From: Microcystaceae cyanobacterium
Lineage (GTDB): Bacteria > Cyanobacteriota > Cyanobacteriia > Cyanobacteriales > Microcystaceae
Reading direction: 5' to 3'
DNA: 64,000 bases
Assembly (NCBI GenBank): GCA_041746575.1
Contig: JBGTGT010000028.1
Location: forward strand, 1-64,000
Shown: positions 29,417 to 40,570 of the stretch, one piece after another
How positions within the stretch are numbered: position 1 is the stretch's first letter
How the letters are laid out: the number at the start of each line of letters is the position of its first letter
Program-made: the position numbers and the translations under genes
The notes under the pieces: generated by a model
The model's input: only the letters and a program-made list of their open reading frames with translations
Told to the model about the DNA's origin: nothing
The model's database searches: none

Positions 29417-32041
29417 TTATATTTCTGAAATCGGTCGCTCGGAAAACATCCGATTGGCGGTGACTACTCGATCTCTGCCTTCTTTTTTAGCACAATACAA
29501 TGCTAAATCAGCAATATGAAGCATATCTTGTTCTGTTTTGCCATAATCAGGAAAACTAGCCACCCCAAAGGAGGCAGTAATTTCTCCTAAGTTGTGCTGA
29601 TGAAAGCGAAGGGCAAGGTGCTTAATTCCTAATCTTAGCTGTTCGGCGCGATCAGCCGCCTGTTCGAGGTTCGCTTCCGGCAAAACGACGGTTAATTCTT
29701 CACCGCCAAAACGACAAGCTATATCGGATTTTCTGATATTTTGTTGCAGAAATTCTCCCAATTTGCGAAGAACTAAATCGCCGGCCGCATGACCAAAGCT
29801 GTCATTAATTTGCTTAAAATGATCAATATCAATCATAATTACAGAAACGGGTTTGCGAGTGCGTTGGGAACGAGACAATTCTTGACTTAATGACATTTCT
29901 AAATAACGACGATTATATAGATGGGTTAAGGGATCGCGAATGGCTTCCTGTTTCAATTTTTCTCGTAATTTAAGATTCGCGAAGGTCATGGCGATATTTT
30001 CGGCAGCAATTAAGGAAAATTGCCGTTGATTTTCGGTAAAATAGGGTTTTTTAGTGCGTTCTCGATGGAGAGAGAGCAAGCCAAAACATTCTCCTTGTCC
30101 GTTGAGCGGCAGACAGAGGGTTTCTAAATGGCTCAAATCCATGCCATTTTGATGCTGACAGGGTAAGGTATTAGGATCAAGATTCCAGTGTAGATAACCG
30201 CATCTTAATGACCAACAATCTTGAAAACCTAGAATATTTTTATCACTCCTATCTTTGCCCCAGCAAATCAAATTTTCTAAAATTTGGCTATTTTCGATCA
30301 TGAGGTATAAATTTCCTGATAAATGCTCAAATAATCGGGGAATTTGCTGTTTCAATACCTGATAGGCTTCTTCTATTGATAAACAAGCCTGTAATAATTT
30401 TACAATTGTATTTAATTGGGCAATTTCTTGATTCTTTTGCTCTAACTCTCGAATAGTCGCTTTTAACTGATGATTGGTTTGCTTAAGTTCTCTTTCTACT
30501 TTAATACGTTTACTGATATCGGTAGCAGTGATCACAAACCCCATACAGTGAATTTCTTGACTCAGAATGACATCAATTTGGAGCGAAATTTGTTTTTGCT
30601 GACGTTTTCCTAAATTTAAACTCAATTCTCCCTGCTGAGATTGCTGATGACTTTTGATGGTGGTTAACATCTGATTAAATCGCTGAACATCTTGCCCTCG
30701 AAATAAAGACGCTAAACCCCCCATTTGATTTATTTCTTGAGTCGAATAACCAAAAAGACAAATAAATGCGGGATTGTGATACATAGACTGCCCATGAATA
30801 TTTAAAATTCCCACTGCTTCCCCAGAACTTTCCACTGCTTGGGTAACTTTTAGTAATTCATCTTCTAGTTGTTTATGTTCACTGATATCCACGCAAGAGC
30901 CAATAAAGCCTAAAAATTCTCCTTCTGGCGTAAGACGGGGAACACCTCGGTTAAATAACCACTGATAGCCTTTGTGAGGGTGTTTGAAGCGAAATTGTAA
31001 CTGAAATTCTGCTTTTTCGGCGATCGCTTCTTTATAAGTCTTCAAATAGTTGTGATAATCATCGGGATGTATATTTTTAAGCCATTTTGAGCCGATAATT
31101 TTTGGGGAAATTGTCCCGTTTATTTTTGCCCAACCTTGATTAACAAAAGTCAGCTTTCCTTGTTGATTGGTTACCCAAATTAACATAGGTGCATGGTCGG
31201 CCATTAGGCGAAATCGAGATTCGCTTTCAGCTAAATTTGCTTGTATTTTTTGTTCTGTTGTTATATCTCGCAAAGAAGCTAAATAGGCAGTTGTTTGCTC
31301 CCAGTTAATTTCCGAAACTCGCATTTGTGCTATAATAAATGTGCCATCAGGACGGTGTAATCGAACTTCTGTAATCCCATTACTAATGGGATAACCAAAA
31401 TCGTAGTCCTGTAAATCTTCGGCAGAACGACCAAACAGTGTAGCAGCAGCCTTATTCACAAAATAGATTTTGCCTTGACGACTAAGAATGAGAATACCAT
31501 CCGCTACCTGTTGTAAAATATTTTCTAGAAAAGTTTTTTGGTTTTTTAAATGAGTTTGTTGCTCATAAGATGCTGTAACATCTTGAATTTGAATTAAAAT
31601 GCGTTGGGGGGAAATAAAAATATAATTAATTAAAAAATATTGCGGTTTCTGATTAATAGGATGATCGTAGCATTCTTGAACCTTTCGGGATTTTTTTTCT
31701 CGCCAACATTGCCAGATATTCGCTTCAATATTAAAATTAGCAGGATAAGTTTGCCCTAATGTTTGACCCATTTTTAGGCAATGATGCCAATTGATCTCGG
31801 CTTGTGCCGATTCGTTATAGTTTTCAAGCCTGAAATGCTCCCCATCATAATGCCATGTATAACTGGGTAAGGGCAGTTGTTGATATTGCTCTTGTAGAGC
31901 TAAGATGAGGTGTTGATTTTGATGGAGTTTTTGTTGCAAACATTGATTCTCTGCTACAATCTGAGATAATCGCTGTTCAATGCTCTCATCTGGGATTAGA
32001 TCGTTATAATAGCTAAGAATCGGGGTATCAGAAGAATTCAT
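29417..32041 (-). CDS. Multi-PAS/GAF diguanylate cyclase
   Basis: PAS domains (e.g. IHPDD), GAF-like region, DPLTHLYNRR, DIDHFKQIND, RKSD I-site, GGEEL. Confidence 0.93.
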   Translation of the reverse strand: MNSSDTPILSYYNDLIPDESIEQRLSQIVAENQCLQQKLHQNQHLILALQEQYQQLPLPSYTWHYDGEHFRLENYNESAQAEINWHHCLKMGQTLGQTYPANFNIEANIWQCWREKKSRKVQECYDHPINQKPQYFLINYIFISPQRILIQIQDVTASYEQQTHLKNQKTFLENILQQVADGILILSRQGKIYFVNKAAATLFGRSAEDLQDYDFGYPISNGITEVRLHRPDGTFIIAQMRVSEINWEQTTAYLASLRDITTEQKIQANLAESESRFRLMADHAPMLIWVTNQQGKLTFVNQGWAKINGTISPKIIGSKWLKNIHPDDYHNYLKTYKEAIAEKAEFQLQFRFKHPHKGYQWLFNRGVPRLTPEGEFLGFIGSCVDISEHKQLEDELLKVTQAVESSGEAVGILNIHGQSMYHNPAFICLFGYSTQEINQMGGLASLFRGQDVQRFNQMLTTIKSHQQSQQGELSLNLGKRQQKQISLQIDVILSQEIHCMGFVITATDISKRIKVERELKQTNHQLKATIRELEQKNQEIAQLNTIVKLLQACLSIEEAYQVLKQQIPRLFEHLSGNLYLMIENSQILENLICWGKDRSDKNILGFQDCWSLRCGYLHWNLDPNTLPCQHQNGMDLSHLETLCLPLNGQGECFGLLSLHRERTKKPYFTENQRQFSLIAAENIAMTFANLKLREKLKQEAIRDPLTHLYNRRYLEMSLSQELSRSQRTRKPVSVIMIDIDHFKQINDSFGHAAGDLVLRKLGEFLQQNIRKSDIACRFGGEELTVVLPEANLEQAADRAEQLRLGIKHLALRFHQHNLGEITASFGVASFPDYGKTEQDMLHIADLALYCAKKEGRDRVVTANRMFSERPISEI

Positions 32042-32308
32042 AGATTAACCCGATGAGAGATTAGAAAATCATCATATCTTAGATACTAACTTATTCTCTC
32101 GGCAGGTAAGGCTCAAGTTGTATTAAAACTTCATCTATCCTAGGGATGAAATTAGCCCCTAAATAAAAATGATAAAATCAATGGGTTAACCAAACTGTTT
32201 TCTCGCTATCCTGTTTTAAACTGGAGAGTAACTGACGGTGGGCAGACCATTCAATAAATAAGCGTTTATGGTAAGCTTGAGAAACCAAGCCATTAAACTT
32301 TAAGATGG

Positions 32309-33700
32309 ATGAATCATCCCTTGGCTTCAGAACGTTCTCTCTATCAACTGACTCAGCACCACGACGCTGCCCCGAAGGCGTTGACGATTCGGATTAAGAC
32401 CTTTCAAGGACTGATCAGAACTTCAATAGACTTTTTGCGAGAAAAACCCATAAGAGCGACACTCTGGGTTAAATTGCCGTCTAATCCCCAATGGTTGAGC
32501 GAAATTGAAGCTTATCATGACCAAGGACTGGCTGATGCCGTATATCTATGCCAAGTGAGCAAAAGCAGTGGTCAAACGGAACAAACCCCCTTAACCCTTG
32601 ATCCTCCGTGGTTTCCCGTCACTCTAGAAGCGAGTTCCCAACTCAAGCGAGAATATTTTCTGATTATTGTCTCTCCTCATTTTTGTAGCTTACTTTTAGC
32701 CGTAAAAACTTCATCTACGACGGTAGAAAAGGAGCAAAAAGCGCAAAGTCCAGGACTGAAGTTGTTATATAGCTTTAATCCTGCCTTAATTGCCACTGTC
32801 ATTCAGGGAATTAAAGAAGATATTACCATTACGGATCATATCCCTGATGCCTTGTTAAGTGATGAAGTCGCTCCTTACCCCTTGCCTTTGTCTCCCGATG
32901 GCGACTTAATGGCCGAGTTACTGCGACGACAGATCGATCAAACAGAACATTTATGGACGAATGCCATGCCGGATGAAGACTTAGCGGCTACTTCGTCCCA
33001 AATTTCTCCTATGATTGGCTTTAATGAGGCATTTGTGCAAGGATTAGCGCGAGAATTGAGTGTTCCTTTAACAAATCTTAAAACAGCTTTACGTTTATTG
33101 GAGTCGATGCAACACAAACGGGAACAACGGGGTCGTTATTTGGAGATGATTCAACGGGAATGCGATCGCCAAAATGCCCTACTCTCCAGTGTTCAAGAAC
33201 TCATTCAAAGCAATCAACCCATCTCCCCGTCAGAAAGTGCCGTGAAAATTGAAGACGTTATTCCCCCCATTGTTAGCACATATCAACCGATTGCGGCAGA
33301 AAAGGGAATTTCCTTGGGTTATACCCTGGCAACGGGTTTACCCCCAGTGACCTGCCATCGTAAGTGGTTGAGTCAAATTCTGCGTCATTTACTCAGTAAT
33401 AGCCTCAAATTTACGGGCGATCAAGGTAGAATTTACGTAGAAGCCAGCTTAAATAACGAAAGAGTCAAGTTAGTCATTAGCGACACAGGCATCGGGATTG
33501 AACAAAGCGATTTATCCAAAATTTATCAAATGTTTTATCGAGGGCGCAATACTATCAATGACGAAATCATGGGAGCAGGTTTAGGGTTAACTCTTGTCAA
33601 ATCGTTAGTCGAGGCTTGTGACGGAGCGATCGAGGTATCAAGTCAGATCGGCAAAGGAACCCGCTTTACGGTGACCTTACCCTCAGTCAATTGTGAATAA
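32309..33700 (+). CDS. Sensor histidine kinase-like protein (DICT-like N-terminus) lacking the phospho-acceptor His
   Basis: H-box reads RELSVPLT; N, G1 (DTGIGI), F and G2 (GAGLGL) boxes intact. Confidence 0.85.
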   Translation: MNHPLASERSLYQLTQHHDAAPKALTIRIKTFQGLIRTSIDFLREKPIRATLWVKLPSNPQWLSEIEAYHDQGLADAVYLCQVSKSSGQTEQTPLTLDPPWFPVTLEASSQLKREYFLIIVSPHFCSLLLAVKTSSTTVEKEQKAQSPGLKLLYSFNPALIATVIQGIKEDITITDHIPDALLSDEVAPYPLPLSPDGDLMAELLRRQIDQTEHLWTNAMPDEDLAATSSQISPMIGFNEAFVQGLARELSVPLTNLKTALRLLESMQHKREQRGRYLEMIQRECDRQNALLSSVQELIQSNQPISPSESAVKIEDVIPPIVSTYQPIAAEKGISLGYTLATGLPPVTCHRKWLSQILRHLLSNSLKFTGDQGRIYVEASLNNERVKLVISDTGIGIEQSDLSKIYQMFYRGRNTINDEIMGAGLGLTLVKSLVEACDGAIEVSSQIGKGTRFTVTLPSVNCE

Positions 33701-33870
33701 AATTTCAACTGAATTAGCCCAATTTTTTGCTCAAAATCTCTTTTTCGAGAGCCATTAAGGAGATAAGGCAATCGGTCATAAAAATTCATCATTGTTAAGA
33801 AGTCTAGTCCCAAAAAGCTTGTTACCCTAAAAGCAGAAAGGTCATTGTGACCCATCATGAGGACAAGCTT

Positions 33871-34512
33871 ATGACCGATATCCTTGTTGATCGTATAGAG
33901 GCAGGTCGAAAATTAACGCAACAACTGCTGAAGTATCAAGATCATCCTCACGGATTGGTGTTAGCGTTGCCGAGAGGAGGCGTTCCCGTAGCCTTTGAAA
34001 TTGCGATAGGATTACATCTTCCGCTTGATGTGTATCTGGTTCGTAAATTGGGGATGCCCCATCGACCTGAATTAGCCATGGGAGCAATTGCCGTTTCAGG
34101 AATTCAAGTGATTAACCAAGAATTAGTAGATTGGCTCAATATTTCTCAAGAAACCTTTGATAAAGTCGTCGAACAGGAAAAACAAGAACTTGAACGGCGA
34201 AATTTGTGCTACCGAGGCCAAAAACCCTTTCCTCTGTTAAGCGATCGCACAATTATTTTAGTAGATGATGGTATTGCTACTGGATCCACGATCAAAGCCG
34301 CTATTTTAGCAATAAAACAGCAAAAACCCGAGAAAATTGTGGTTGCTGTCCCGGTGGTTTCTCCCTCCCTTTATCAATCCCTATCAGGGGAGGTCGACGA
34401 AGTAGTTTGTTTAATCCAACCTGAACCCTTGAACTCGATTAGTTTATGGTACGAAGATTTCGGCCAAACCTCAGATGAGGAAGTCTGTCGTCTGTTAGCC
34501 GTCGATCGTTAA
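33871..34512 (+). CDS. Phosphoribosyltransferase family protein
   Basis: LALPRGGVPV, ILVDDGIATGST PRPP-binding loop. Confidence 0.9.
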   Translation: MTDILVDRIEAGRKLTQQLLKYQDHPHGLVLALPRGGVPVAFEIAIGLHLPLDVYLVRKLGMPHRPELAMGAIAVSGIQVINQELVDWLNISQETFDKVVEQEKQELERRNLCYRGQKPFPLLSDRTIILVDDGIATGSTIKAAILAIKQQKPEKIVVAVPVVSPSLYQSLSGEVDEVVCLIQPEPLNSISLWYEDFGQTSDEEVCRLLAVDR

Positions 34513-34543
34513 ATTTCTTGATTCCCAACTCCTCAATCTCGAT

Positions 34544-36427
34544 ATGAACAATTCCCCGTCTTCTCCCTCCTCCTCTCCCTCTTGGAGACGTACCCTCATT
34601 ATCCTTTTTCTGTGGTTAATCATTCTTAATTTCTTCTTCTCCCAAGGGGTAGAACAAACCCTGATTCCCTACAGTCAATTTATTAACCAAGTAGAAGCTA
34701 ATCAAGTAGCCAGCGTAAAAATTGGGCAAGATCAGCTACAATATCGCCTCAAACCTGATCTCAATCTAGATCATCCTGAAGCCATTTGGGTAACCCTACC
34801 CGTTCCTGATAACGAATTATTAAACCGTTTAAAATCTCATAATATCGAATTTTCTGCTTTACCTCCCAGTGGAACAGCTTGGATCGCCACCTTATTGAGT
34901 TGGCTAATTCCCCCTTTAATTTTTGTGGGGATTTGGCTTTGGTTTTTGAATCGTTCTCAAGGGGAAACCCGCTCTTCTTGGGCAGTCGGCAAAAGTAAAG
35001 CCCGAATCTATGCAGAAGGAACCACAGGTGTGCGCTTTAGCGACGTGGCAGGAGTAGATGAGGCAAAACTAGAATTGAAGGAAATTGTAGATTTGTTTAA
35101 AAATACAGAAAAATATACAAGCTTAGGAGCAAAAATCCCCAAAGGTATCCTTTTAGTCGGCCCGCCCGGAACGGGCAAAACCCTGTTAGCTAGAGCGATC
35201 GCCGGTGAAGCGTCTGTTCCCTTTCTCAGTATTTCAGGTTCAGAATTTATTGAATTATTCGTCGGTGTCGGGGCATCAAGAGTGAGGGATTTATTTGAGC
35301 AAGCGAAACAACAAGCTCCCTGTATTATCTTTATTGATGAATTAGATGCGTTAGGCAAAACAAGGGGAAATGCCAATAGTCTTTTCGGGGGCAACGACGA
35401 GCGAGAACAAACCCTCAATCAATTATTGTCTGAAATGGACGGATTTACCCCCAACAACGGCATTATTCTCTTAGCGGCAACCAATCGCCCCGAAGTTTTA
35501 GATCCAGCCTTATTGCGCCCTGGCCGTTTTGATCGTCAAATTGTCGTTGATCGCCCCGATAAACTCGGACGAGAAGCGATTCTCAATGTTCACGCCCGAA
35601 ACGTCAAATTAGCTGAAGATGTAGATTTAAGTTGGTTAGCCGCCCGAACTCCCGGTTTTGCAGGGGCAGACTTAGCCAATCTGATCAATGAAGCCGCCTT
35701 ATTAGCCGCAAGACAAAATCGAGAAGCGGTGAGGATGGAAGATTTTAATCAGGCAATTGAACGACTATTAACAGGATTAGCAAAAAAATCAAGAGTTTTG
35801 AATGAAATTGAGAAAAAAACAGTAGCCCATCATGAAGTCGGTCATGCCTTAATTGGAGCATTAATGCCCGGTGCAGGAACAGTAGAAAAAATTTCAATTG
35901 TACCGCGAGGAATAGGAGCATTGGGTTATACCTTACAGTTACCCGAAGAAGACCGTTTTCTAATGCTAGAAGACGAAATTCGTGGCAGAATTGCTACCCT
36001 TTTAGGGGGGAGAGCGGCAGAAACCCTGATTTTTCATAAAGTGTCGACGGGGGCAAGTGATGATATTCAAAAAGCCACTGATTTAGCGGAACGATTTATT
36101 ACCTTATACGGCATGAGTCAAACCTTGGGGCCAATTGCTTACGAAAAGCAACAACAACCGTTTATGGATTCTATGGTGAATCCTCGTCGTGTTGTCAGTC
36201 CTAAAATAGCGGAAAGTATTGATATGGAAGTTAAACAATTAATAAATGAAGCTTACGATATGTGTTTACAGGTTTTACGTCAAAATCAAACCCTATTAGA
36301 AAAGATGGCCCAAATTCTTTTAGAAAAAGAAGTATTAGAGGGAAAAACTTTACAAGACTATTTACAAAAAGTACAGCCACCCTTAGGAATAGAAAAATGG
36401 CTTTTAGGAGAATCTGTGAAACAATAG
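34544..36427 (+). CDS. ftsH: ATP-dependent zinc metalloprotease FtsH (FtsH4-like)
   Basis: Two TM helices, [27 protein letters not shown]. Confidence 0.97.
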   Translation: MNNSPSSPSSSPSWRRTLIILFLWLIILNFFFSQGVEQTLIPYSQFINQVEANQVASVKIGQDQLQYRLKPDLNLDHPEAIWVTLPVPDNELLNRLKSHNIEFSALPPSGTAWIATLLSWLIPPLIFVGIWLWFLNRSQGETRSSWAVGKSKARIYAEGTTGVRFSDVAGVDEAKLELKEIVDLFKNTEKYTSLGAKIPKGILLVGPPGTGKTLLARAIAGEASVPFLSISGSEFIELFVGVGASRVRDLFEQAKQQAPCIIFIDELDALGKTRGNANSLFGGNDEREQTLNQLLSEMDGFTPNNGIILLAATNRPEVLDPALLRPGRFDRQIVVDRPDKLGREAILNVHARNVKLAEDVDLSWLAARTPGFAGADLANLINEAALLAARQNREAVRMEDFNQAIERLLTGLAKKSRVLNEIEKKTVAHHEVGHALIGALMPGAGTVEKISIVPRGIGALGYTLQLPEEDRFLMLEDEIRGRIATLLGGRAAETLIFHKVSTGASDDIQKATDLAERFITLYGMSQTLGPIAYEKQQQPFMDSMVNPRRVVSPKIAESIDMEVKQLINEAYDMCLQVLRQNQTLLEKMAQILLEKEVLEGKTLQDYLQKVQPPLGIEKWLLGESVKQ

Positions 36428-36570
36428 GAGGGTTCTTGAATTGTTGTTTTTTGAAATTCTTCGATAAATTTTTAACTCATGATTATCCTCATTTATATTT
36501 CACGCCAATGACACGCAATTGTCATCTCTTTTTGCCATCATCAAGGGAGACAAGAAAGGAGGTAAAAGTT

Positions 36571-36738
36571 ATGAAAACGTCTTGTTTTAAAGGATTTCTC
36601 CTATGCTCTTTTCTGCTTCTGACGGTTTATCCAGCTTATAAAATAAAATCGGCTTTAGGGATTGATATTGTGCCCAATATTCATACACCTGATCTCATCA
36701 AAGGGACGGTCAAGGCGATCGCCCATCGAGTGAATTAA
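36571..36738 (+). CDS. Small 55-aa membrane or secreted protein
   Basis: Strong RBS AAGGAGGT before ATG 36571; hydrophobic N-terminus then YKIKSALGIDIVP. Confidence 0.65.
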   Translation: MKTSCFKGFLLCSFLLLTVYPAYKIKSALGIDIVPNIHTPDLIKGTVKAIAHRVN

Positions 36739-36811
36739 TATTACGCTAAAAATCGGAGATTAGGTTTGACATTAATCCCCGATTCAAACTTAAATTAATA
36801 GGCCAATTCTT

Positions 36812-37897
36812 TTAACAAGGTTTACGAGCTATCCAATATTTGCTGACATGGTGATTTTTTACGTCAATCTGTTCAAACCCAGCAGTTTCTAAGCGTTTAC
36901 CCAAATTATCTTGGATGTAATGACGGTAATACGGCTCGTGAAAGATTTGATGAAAATGCTCCATCAAGGGCGCAAATTCGGGAGAGTCAATCATTTGCAT
37001 AGAATCACAAATAATGAACACGCCCCCTTCTTTTGTGACGCGAAAACATTCATTAATGACATTTTGGCGCGCTTTTGGCGGCAATTCATGGAAGAGGAAA
37101 ACGCTCACTACTCCTTCAAAATAATGGTCTAAATAGGGCAGTTTTTCGGCATTACTTTGAATGAGTTGGGGTAAGGTTGCAGTCGTTTTTGATAAGAATT
37201 GATTGGCTTTGCGAAGATAGGTTGGAGATAAATCTACGCCAAAAAGAGCCGCTTTCGGTAGCATGGACTGAATCATACTGAGCGTTCGACCTGTCCCACA
37301 GGCAACATCTAAAATTCGAGGAAATGGCTCCTTAAAAGCCTTAATACCTTGTTTTAAGGGTTTCAGAATCCGCCGTCTCATGGCATCGGTTGTTCCATTA
37401 AACAGCAAATCTACCTGTAAGTCGTAAAGTTCTGCCGATTCGTCACTGAGGTAGCCGTTAGTTTGATAGTGGAAGTTTTGCCGATAATAGGCGGGATAAG
37501 GTGTTAATTCAATGTTTTCATCGAATTGGTGATAGATGCGTTGATTAACTCGATTCTGAATTTTTACTAAATCTAGCCAAATTTTGGGATAAGTCGGCAG
37601 ATATTCATGCCAATACGTTTCATACAACAGGCTTTCTGGGTAAATCTCCTCTTTTGCATCTTGCCAATCGAGTTCCTGTAATTGCACTTGTCGCTGTCTG
37701 ATGGCAAGTAAGATGTCAGGAGAAAGGGAAGGCGTTTTTTCGTCGGTAGGAGGTGCAAGAAGCGTGCTAATTTGATTACTGAGGGTTTTGTGAGTGATGC
37801 TAAGGGTTCCTTTAATTTCTTGCAAACCCGTATAGGTGGCTTTCCCTAAGCTGTCGGGAATTGAGAATAAGTCCGTAAATGCAAAGGTTGACTGCAT
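36812..37897 (-). CDS. Class I SAM-dependent methyltransferase
   Basis: ILDVACGTG, GVDLS, FLFHELP; N-terminal YPAYYRQNFHYQTNGYLS. Confidence 0.9.
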   Translation of the reverse strand: MQSTFAFTDLFSIPDSLGKATYTGLQEIKGTLSITHKTLSNQISTLLAPPTDEKTPSLSPDILLAIRQRQVQLQELDWQDAKEEIYPESLLYETYWHEYLPTYPKIWLDLVKIQNRVNQRIYHQFDENIELTPYPAYYRQNFHYQTNGYLSDESAELYDLQVDLLFNGTTDAMRRRILKPLKQGIKAFKEPFPRILDVACGTGRTLSMIQSMLPKAALFGVDLSPTYLRKANQFLSKTTATLPQLIQSNAEKLPYLDHYFEGVVSVFLFHELPPKARQNVINECFRVTKEGGVFIICDSMQMIDSPEFAPLMEHFHQIFHEPYYRHYIQDNLGKRLETAGFEQIDVKNHHVSKYWIARKPC

Positions 37898-37982
37898 AGC
37901 TGAAATAATGAATGTTAAGTTTTATGAATCCATTTTCCAGTATAAATATTTTTGATGAGGAGTGCTAAGGGCTGAAATCTCA

Positions 37983-38030
37983 TCAGAATGTCTGGACACG
38001 ATAGGCAGAAAATGCCTGATCATGAGTCAA
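37983..38030 (-). pseudogene. 3' tail remnant of a VapC/PIN toxin gene
   Basis: LTHDQAFSAYRVQTF* resembles the PIN toxin C-terminus (T.D..F..Y.V...W), directly after the antitoxin stop. Confidence 0.5.
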
Positions 38031-38251
38031 TCAAATAAGCGAGTCAAAGCTCCGTCAGATTCGATAAAGTCGTGGGGAACGGTAAAGTGTCCCCCTAAAC
38101 GTCTTGGAATTCGCTCTTGAAGTTGAGATTTTCGGTAAGGACTTAGCAACGCGACGAGTTTTCCTCGATTGGCAATAACAATTTCTTCTCCGCTTTCGAC
38201 TCGTGCTAATAATTGCGACAGATGAGTTTTTGCCTAAACTAAACTAAACAT
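38027..38251 (-). pseudogene. Phd/YefM-family antitoxin pseudogene
   Basis: MFSLV*AKTHLSQLLARVESGEEIVIANRGKLVALL...; in-frame TAG at 38234-38236. Confidence 0.8.
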
Positions 38252-38284
38252 AGCGTAAATATTGACTGTTTTGCTTGAAGGGCA

Positions 38285-39271
38285 TTAACCCTCATTGAGC
38301 CATCTGACGGCGTCTTTGGCATGATAGGTTAAAATTAAGTCTGCTCCTGCCCGTTTAAAGCTGATTAATGTCTCTAAGGTTACTTTTTTCTCGTCAATCC
38401 AGCCATTTAAAGCGGCGGCTTTAACCATGGAATATTCCCCTGACACATTGTAGGCGGCGACGGGTAGATTCGTGATTTCCTTCACCCGCCAAATAATATC
38501 CATGTAAGACAGCGCAGGTTTGACCATTAACATATCTGCTCCTTCTACTATGTCTAATTCAACCTCTTTTAAGGCTTCTCGCCCATTTGCGGGATCCATT
38601 TGGTAGGTACGGCGATCGCCAAATTGGGGGGAAGATTCGGCCGCATCCCGAAAGGGTCCATAATAAGCAGAGGCGTATTTAGCCGCGTAGGAAAGAATGG
38701 GGATATTTTCAAAACCTGCCTCATCTAATCCTTGACGAATGGTTTGCACAAATCCGTCCATCATACCGGAGGGAGCAATAATGTCAGATCCTGCTTTTGC
38801 CTGAGAAACTGCTGTTTTCTTTAATAATTCCAAGGTTGGGTCGTTTAGTACCTGTCCTGTTAAGTCTCCTACTTCTAGATAACCACAATGACCATGAGAT
38901 GTATATTCACACAAGCATGTGTCAGCAATCACGATTAAATCGGGTATCGCTTCTTTAATGGCTGTTGCCGCTTTTTGGACAATGCCACAATCATGCCATG
39001 CACCCGTTGCATCGGTGTCTTTATCCGTCGGAATCCCAAAGAGAATAATGGCCGGAATGCCTAAATCATAGACTTCTTTGGCTTCTTCAACAATTTTATC
39101 CACAGAAAGTTGATACACCCCCGGCATCGAAATGACTTCTTTGGCAACGCTTTCTCCCGGAACGGCAAAAAGAGGATAAATAAGATCATCGGCAGTAAGG
39201 ATGGTTTCTCGCACCATACGGCGCAATTGTGGCTGTTGACGCAAACGACGGGGACGATGAATAGGAAACAT
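38285..39271 (-). CDS. hemB: Porphobilinogen synthase
   Basis: [40 protein letters not shown]. Confidence 0.98.
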   Translation of the reverse strand: MFPIHRPRRLRQQPQLRRMVRETILTADDLIYPLFAVPGESVAKEVISMPGVYQLSVDKIVEEAKEVYDLGIPAIILFGIPTDKDTDATGAWHDCGIVQKAATAIKEAIPDLIVIADTCLCEYTSHGHCGYLEVGDLTGQVLNDPTLELLKKTAVSQAKAGSDIIAPSGMMDGFVQTIRQGLDEAGFENIPILSYAAKYASAYYGPFRDAAESSPQFGDRRTYQMDPANGREALKEVELDIVEGADMLMVKPALSYMDIIWRVKEITNLPVAAYNVSGEYSMVKAAALNGWIDEKKVTLETLISFKRAGADLILTYHAKDAVRWLNEG

Positions 39272-39445
39272 AAGAGGAATATTGATTTAACACATAGAAT
39301 AAAGATATTAAGATAAGTTTACGATGGAGGCGAATCTCTTGAGGCAAGAACGGGGATTTCCTCAATGTTTTGTAACGTTGCTCAAAAGAAATAAGGTTAA
39401 CTTTATAACATCCCAAACTGGCAATTTATTTTATTTGAAACTATT

Positions 39446-40519
39446 TTAGAGGATTTGACGAATTTTTTCAGAATTTTCTAGTAATATTTGCGGATTTGCT
39501 TGGTTGGGTGAAGCTATATTCAATTTTCCTTGAGCTTCTATGGTAATATTGGGATTGATGAGAAAATTACGACCCCTTTGGATAGTATCGGGATGAGCGT
39601 TCCAAATTTTGGCTAATTTTTCTCTAATGTTTTCAAATTCAGCAAAATCTTCAAAGTTAACTAAGGTAAAATAATGGGGAATTCCCTGCGTCATTACTTC
39701 AATGCCATAGACATCAAACTTTAATTGAGGACTTTGGGGAAATTTAACCAATTTTCCTAGTAAGGTTTGGTTTTTTCCTTGCCAATCTGCGATCGCCGTT
39801 AGAACTTCAAGAGGCTTTTCTACTGTAAAATTAAACTGTAAATGGGTCGGTTCTTGGGGATTTGTCTGTAATTGGTAGTGGATGCGCACAATATCGCCCC
39901 GATATAAGGACTCGGTGAGTTGGGGCGTTGGCACAAAAATCGGCAAAATCGCATCTTCATATTCTACAACTAAGATTCGGCCGTGATCCTGCACGGTGTG
40001 GACTTTCCCGACTAGTTGGTTTTGTTGTTTTAAGCCGTCGGGAATGTCTTTTTGCCAATAATAGGTCGGAAATGAATCTAAACCTGACCAATGCTCTAAA
40101 ATTTTCATAGATTTAACTAAAATATGCGGTTGAGGACTGATATTATTGATTAATTGACCTTGAATACAAACTTGATCATGACGTTTCGCCGCAGAAAGTT
40201 GCTTTTGGATCGCTTCATTCACCGCAATCAGGGAAAAATGCTGAAAATTAAAGAAATTATTGGGTTCTCGTACGGATAGGACATACATCTGAGAGGAAGA
40301 AACCGCACCATGGATCTCTCCGACTAATCCTGTTTTCGTTAATTCTTGGGATAAGGTCGTTAAATTGAGACCTTCATACATACTTTCATGGTAATGGCAA
40401 GATTCTGCAAGGACGGACTGACGCACTAAAACCGATAGCCCCAAAATGAGTAAACCACTTATTGCAGCCACAAGAAGCGATCGCCTCCCTTGATTCCACA
40501 TATTTTTTTGACGTTTCAC
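39446..40519 (-). CDS. Hypothetical exported protein
   Basis: N-terminal signal peptide or TM segment, beta-rich repeated segments. Confidence 0.75.
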   Translation of the reverse strand: MKRQKNMWNQGRRSLLVAAISGLLILGLSVLVRQSVLAESCHYHESMYEGLNLTTLSQELTKTGLVGEIHGAVSSSQMYVLSVREPNNFFNFQHFSLIAVNEAIQKQLSAAKRHDQVCIQGQLINNISPQPHILVKSMKILEHWSGLDSFPTYYWQKDIPDGLKQQNQLVGKVHTVQDHGRILVVEYEDAILPIFVPTPQLTESLYRGDIVRIHYQLQTNPQEPTHLQFNFTVEKPLEVLTAIADWQGKNQTLLGKLVKFPQSPQLKFDVYGIEVMTQGIPHYFTLVNFEDFAEFENIREKLAKIWNAHPDTIQRGRNFLINPNITIEAQGKLNIASPNQANPQILLENSEKIRQIL

Positions 40520-40570
40520 GGTTGCTTCTTGAATTTTGCCGTCTTTTACGGAGATGATGTGCCGATTGCT

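Noticed and set aside
36262..36570. 5' extension of the 158-aa ORF overlapping ftsH
   Set aside because: The strong RBS sits at ATG 36571; the extension overlaps ftsH out of frame
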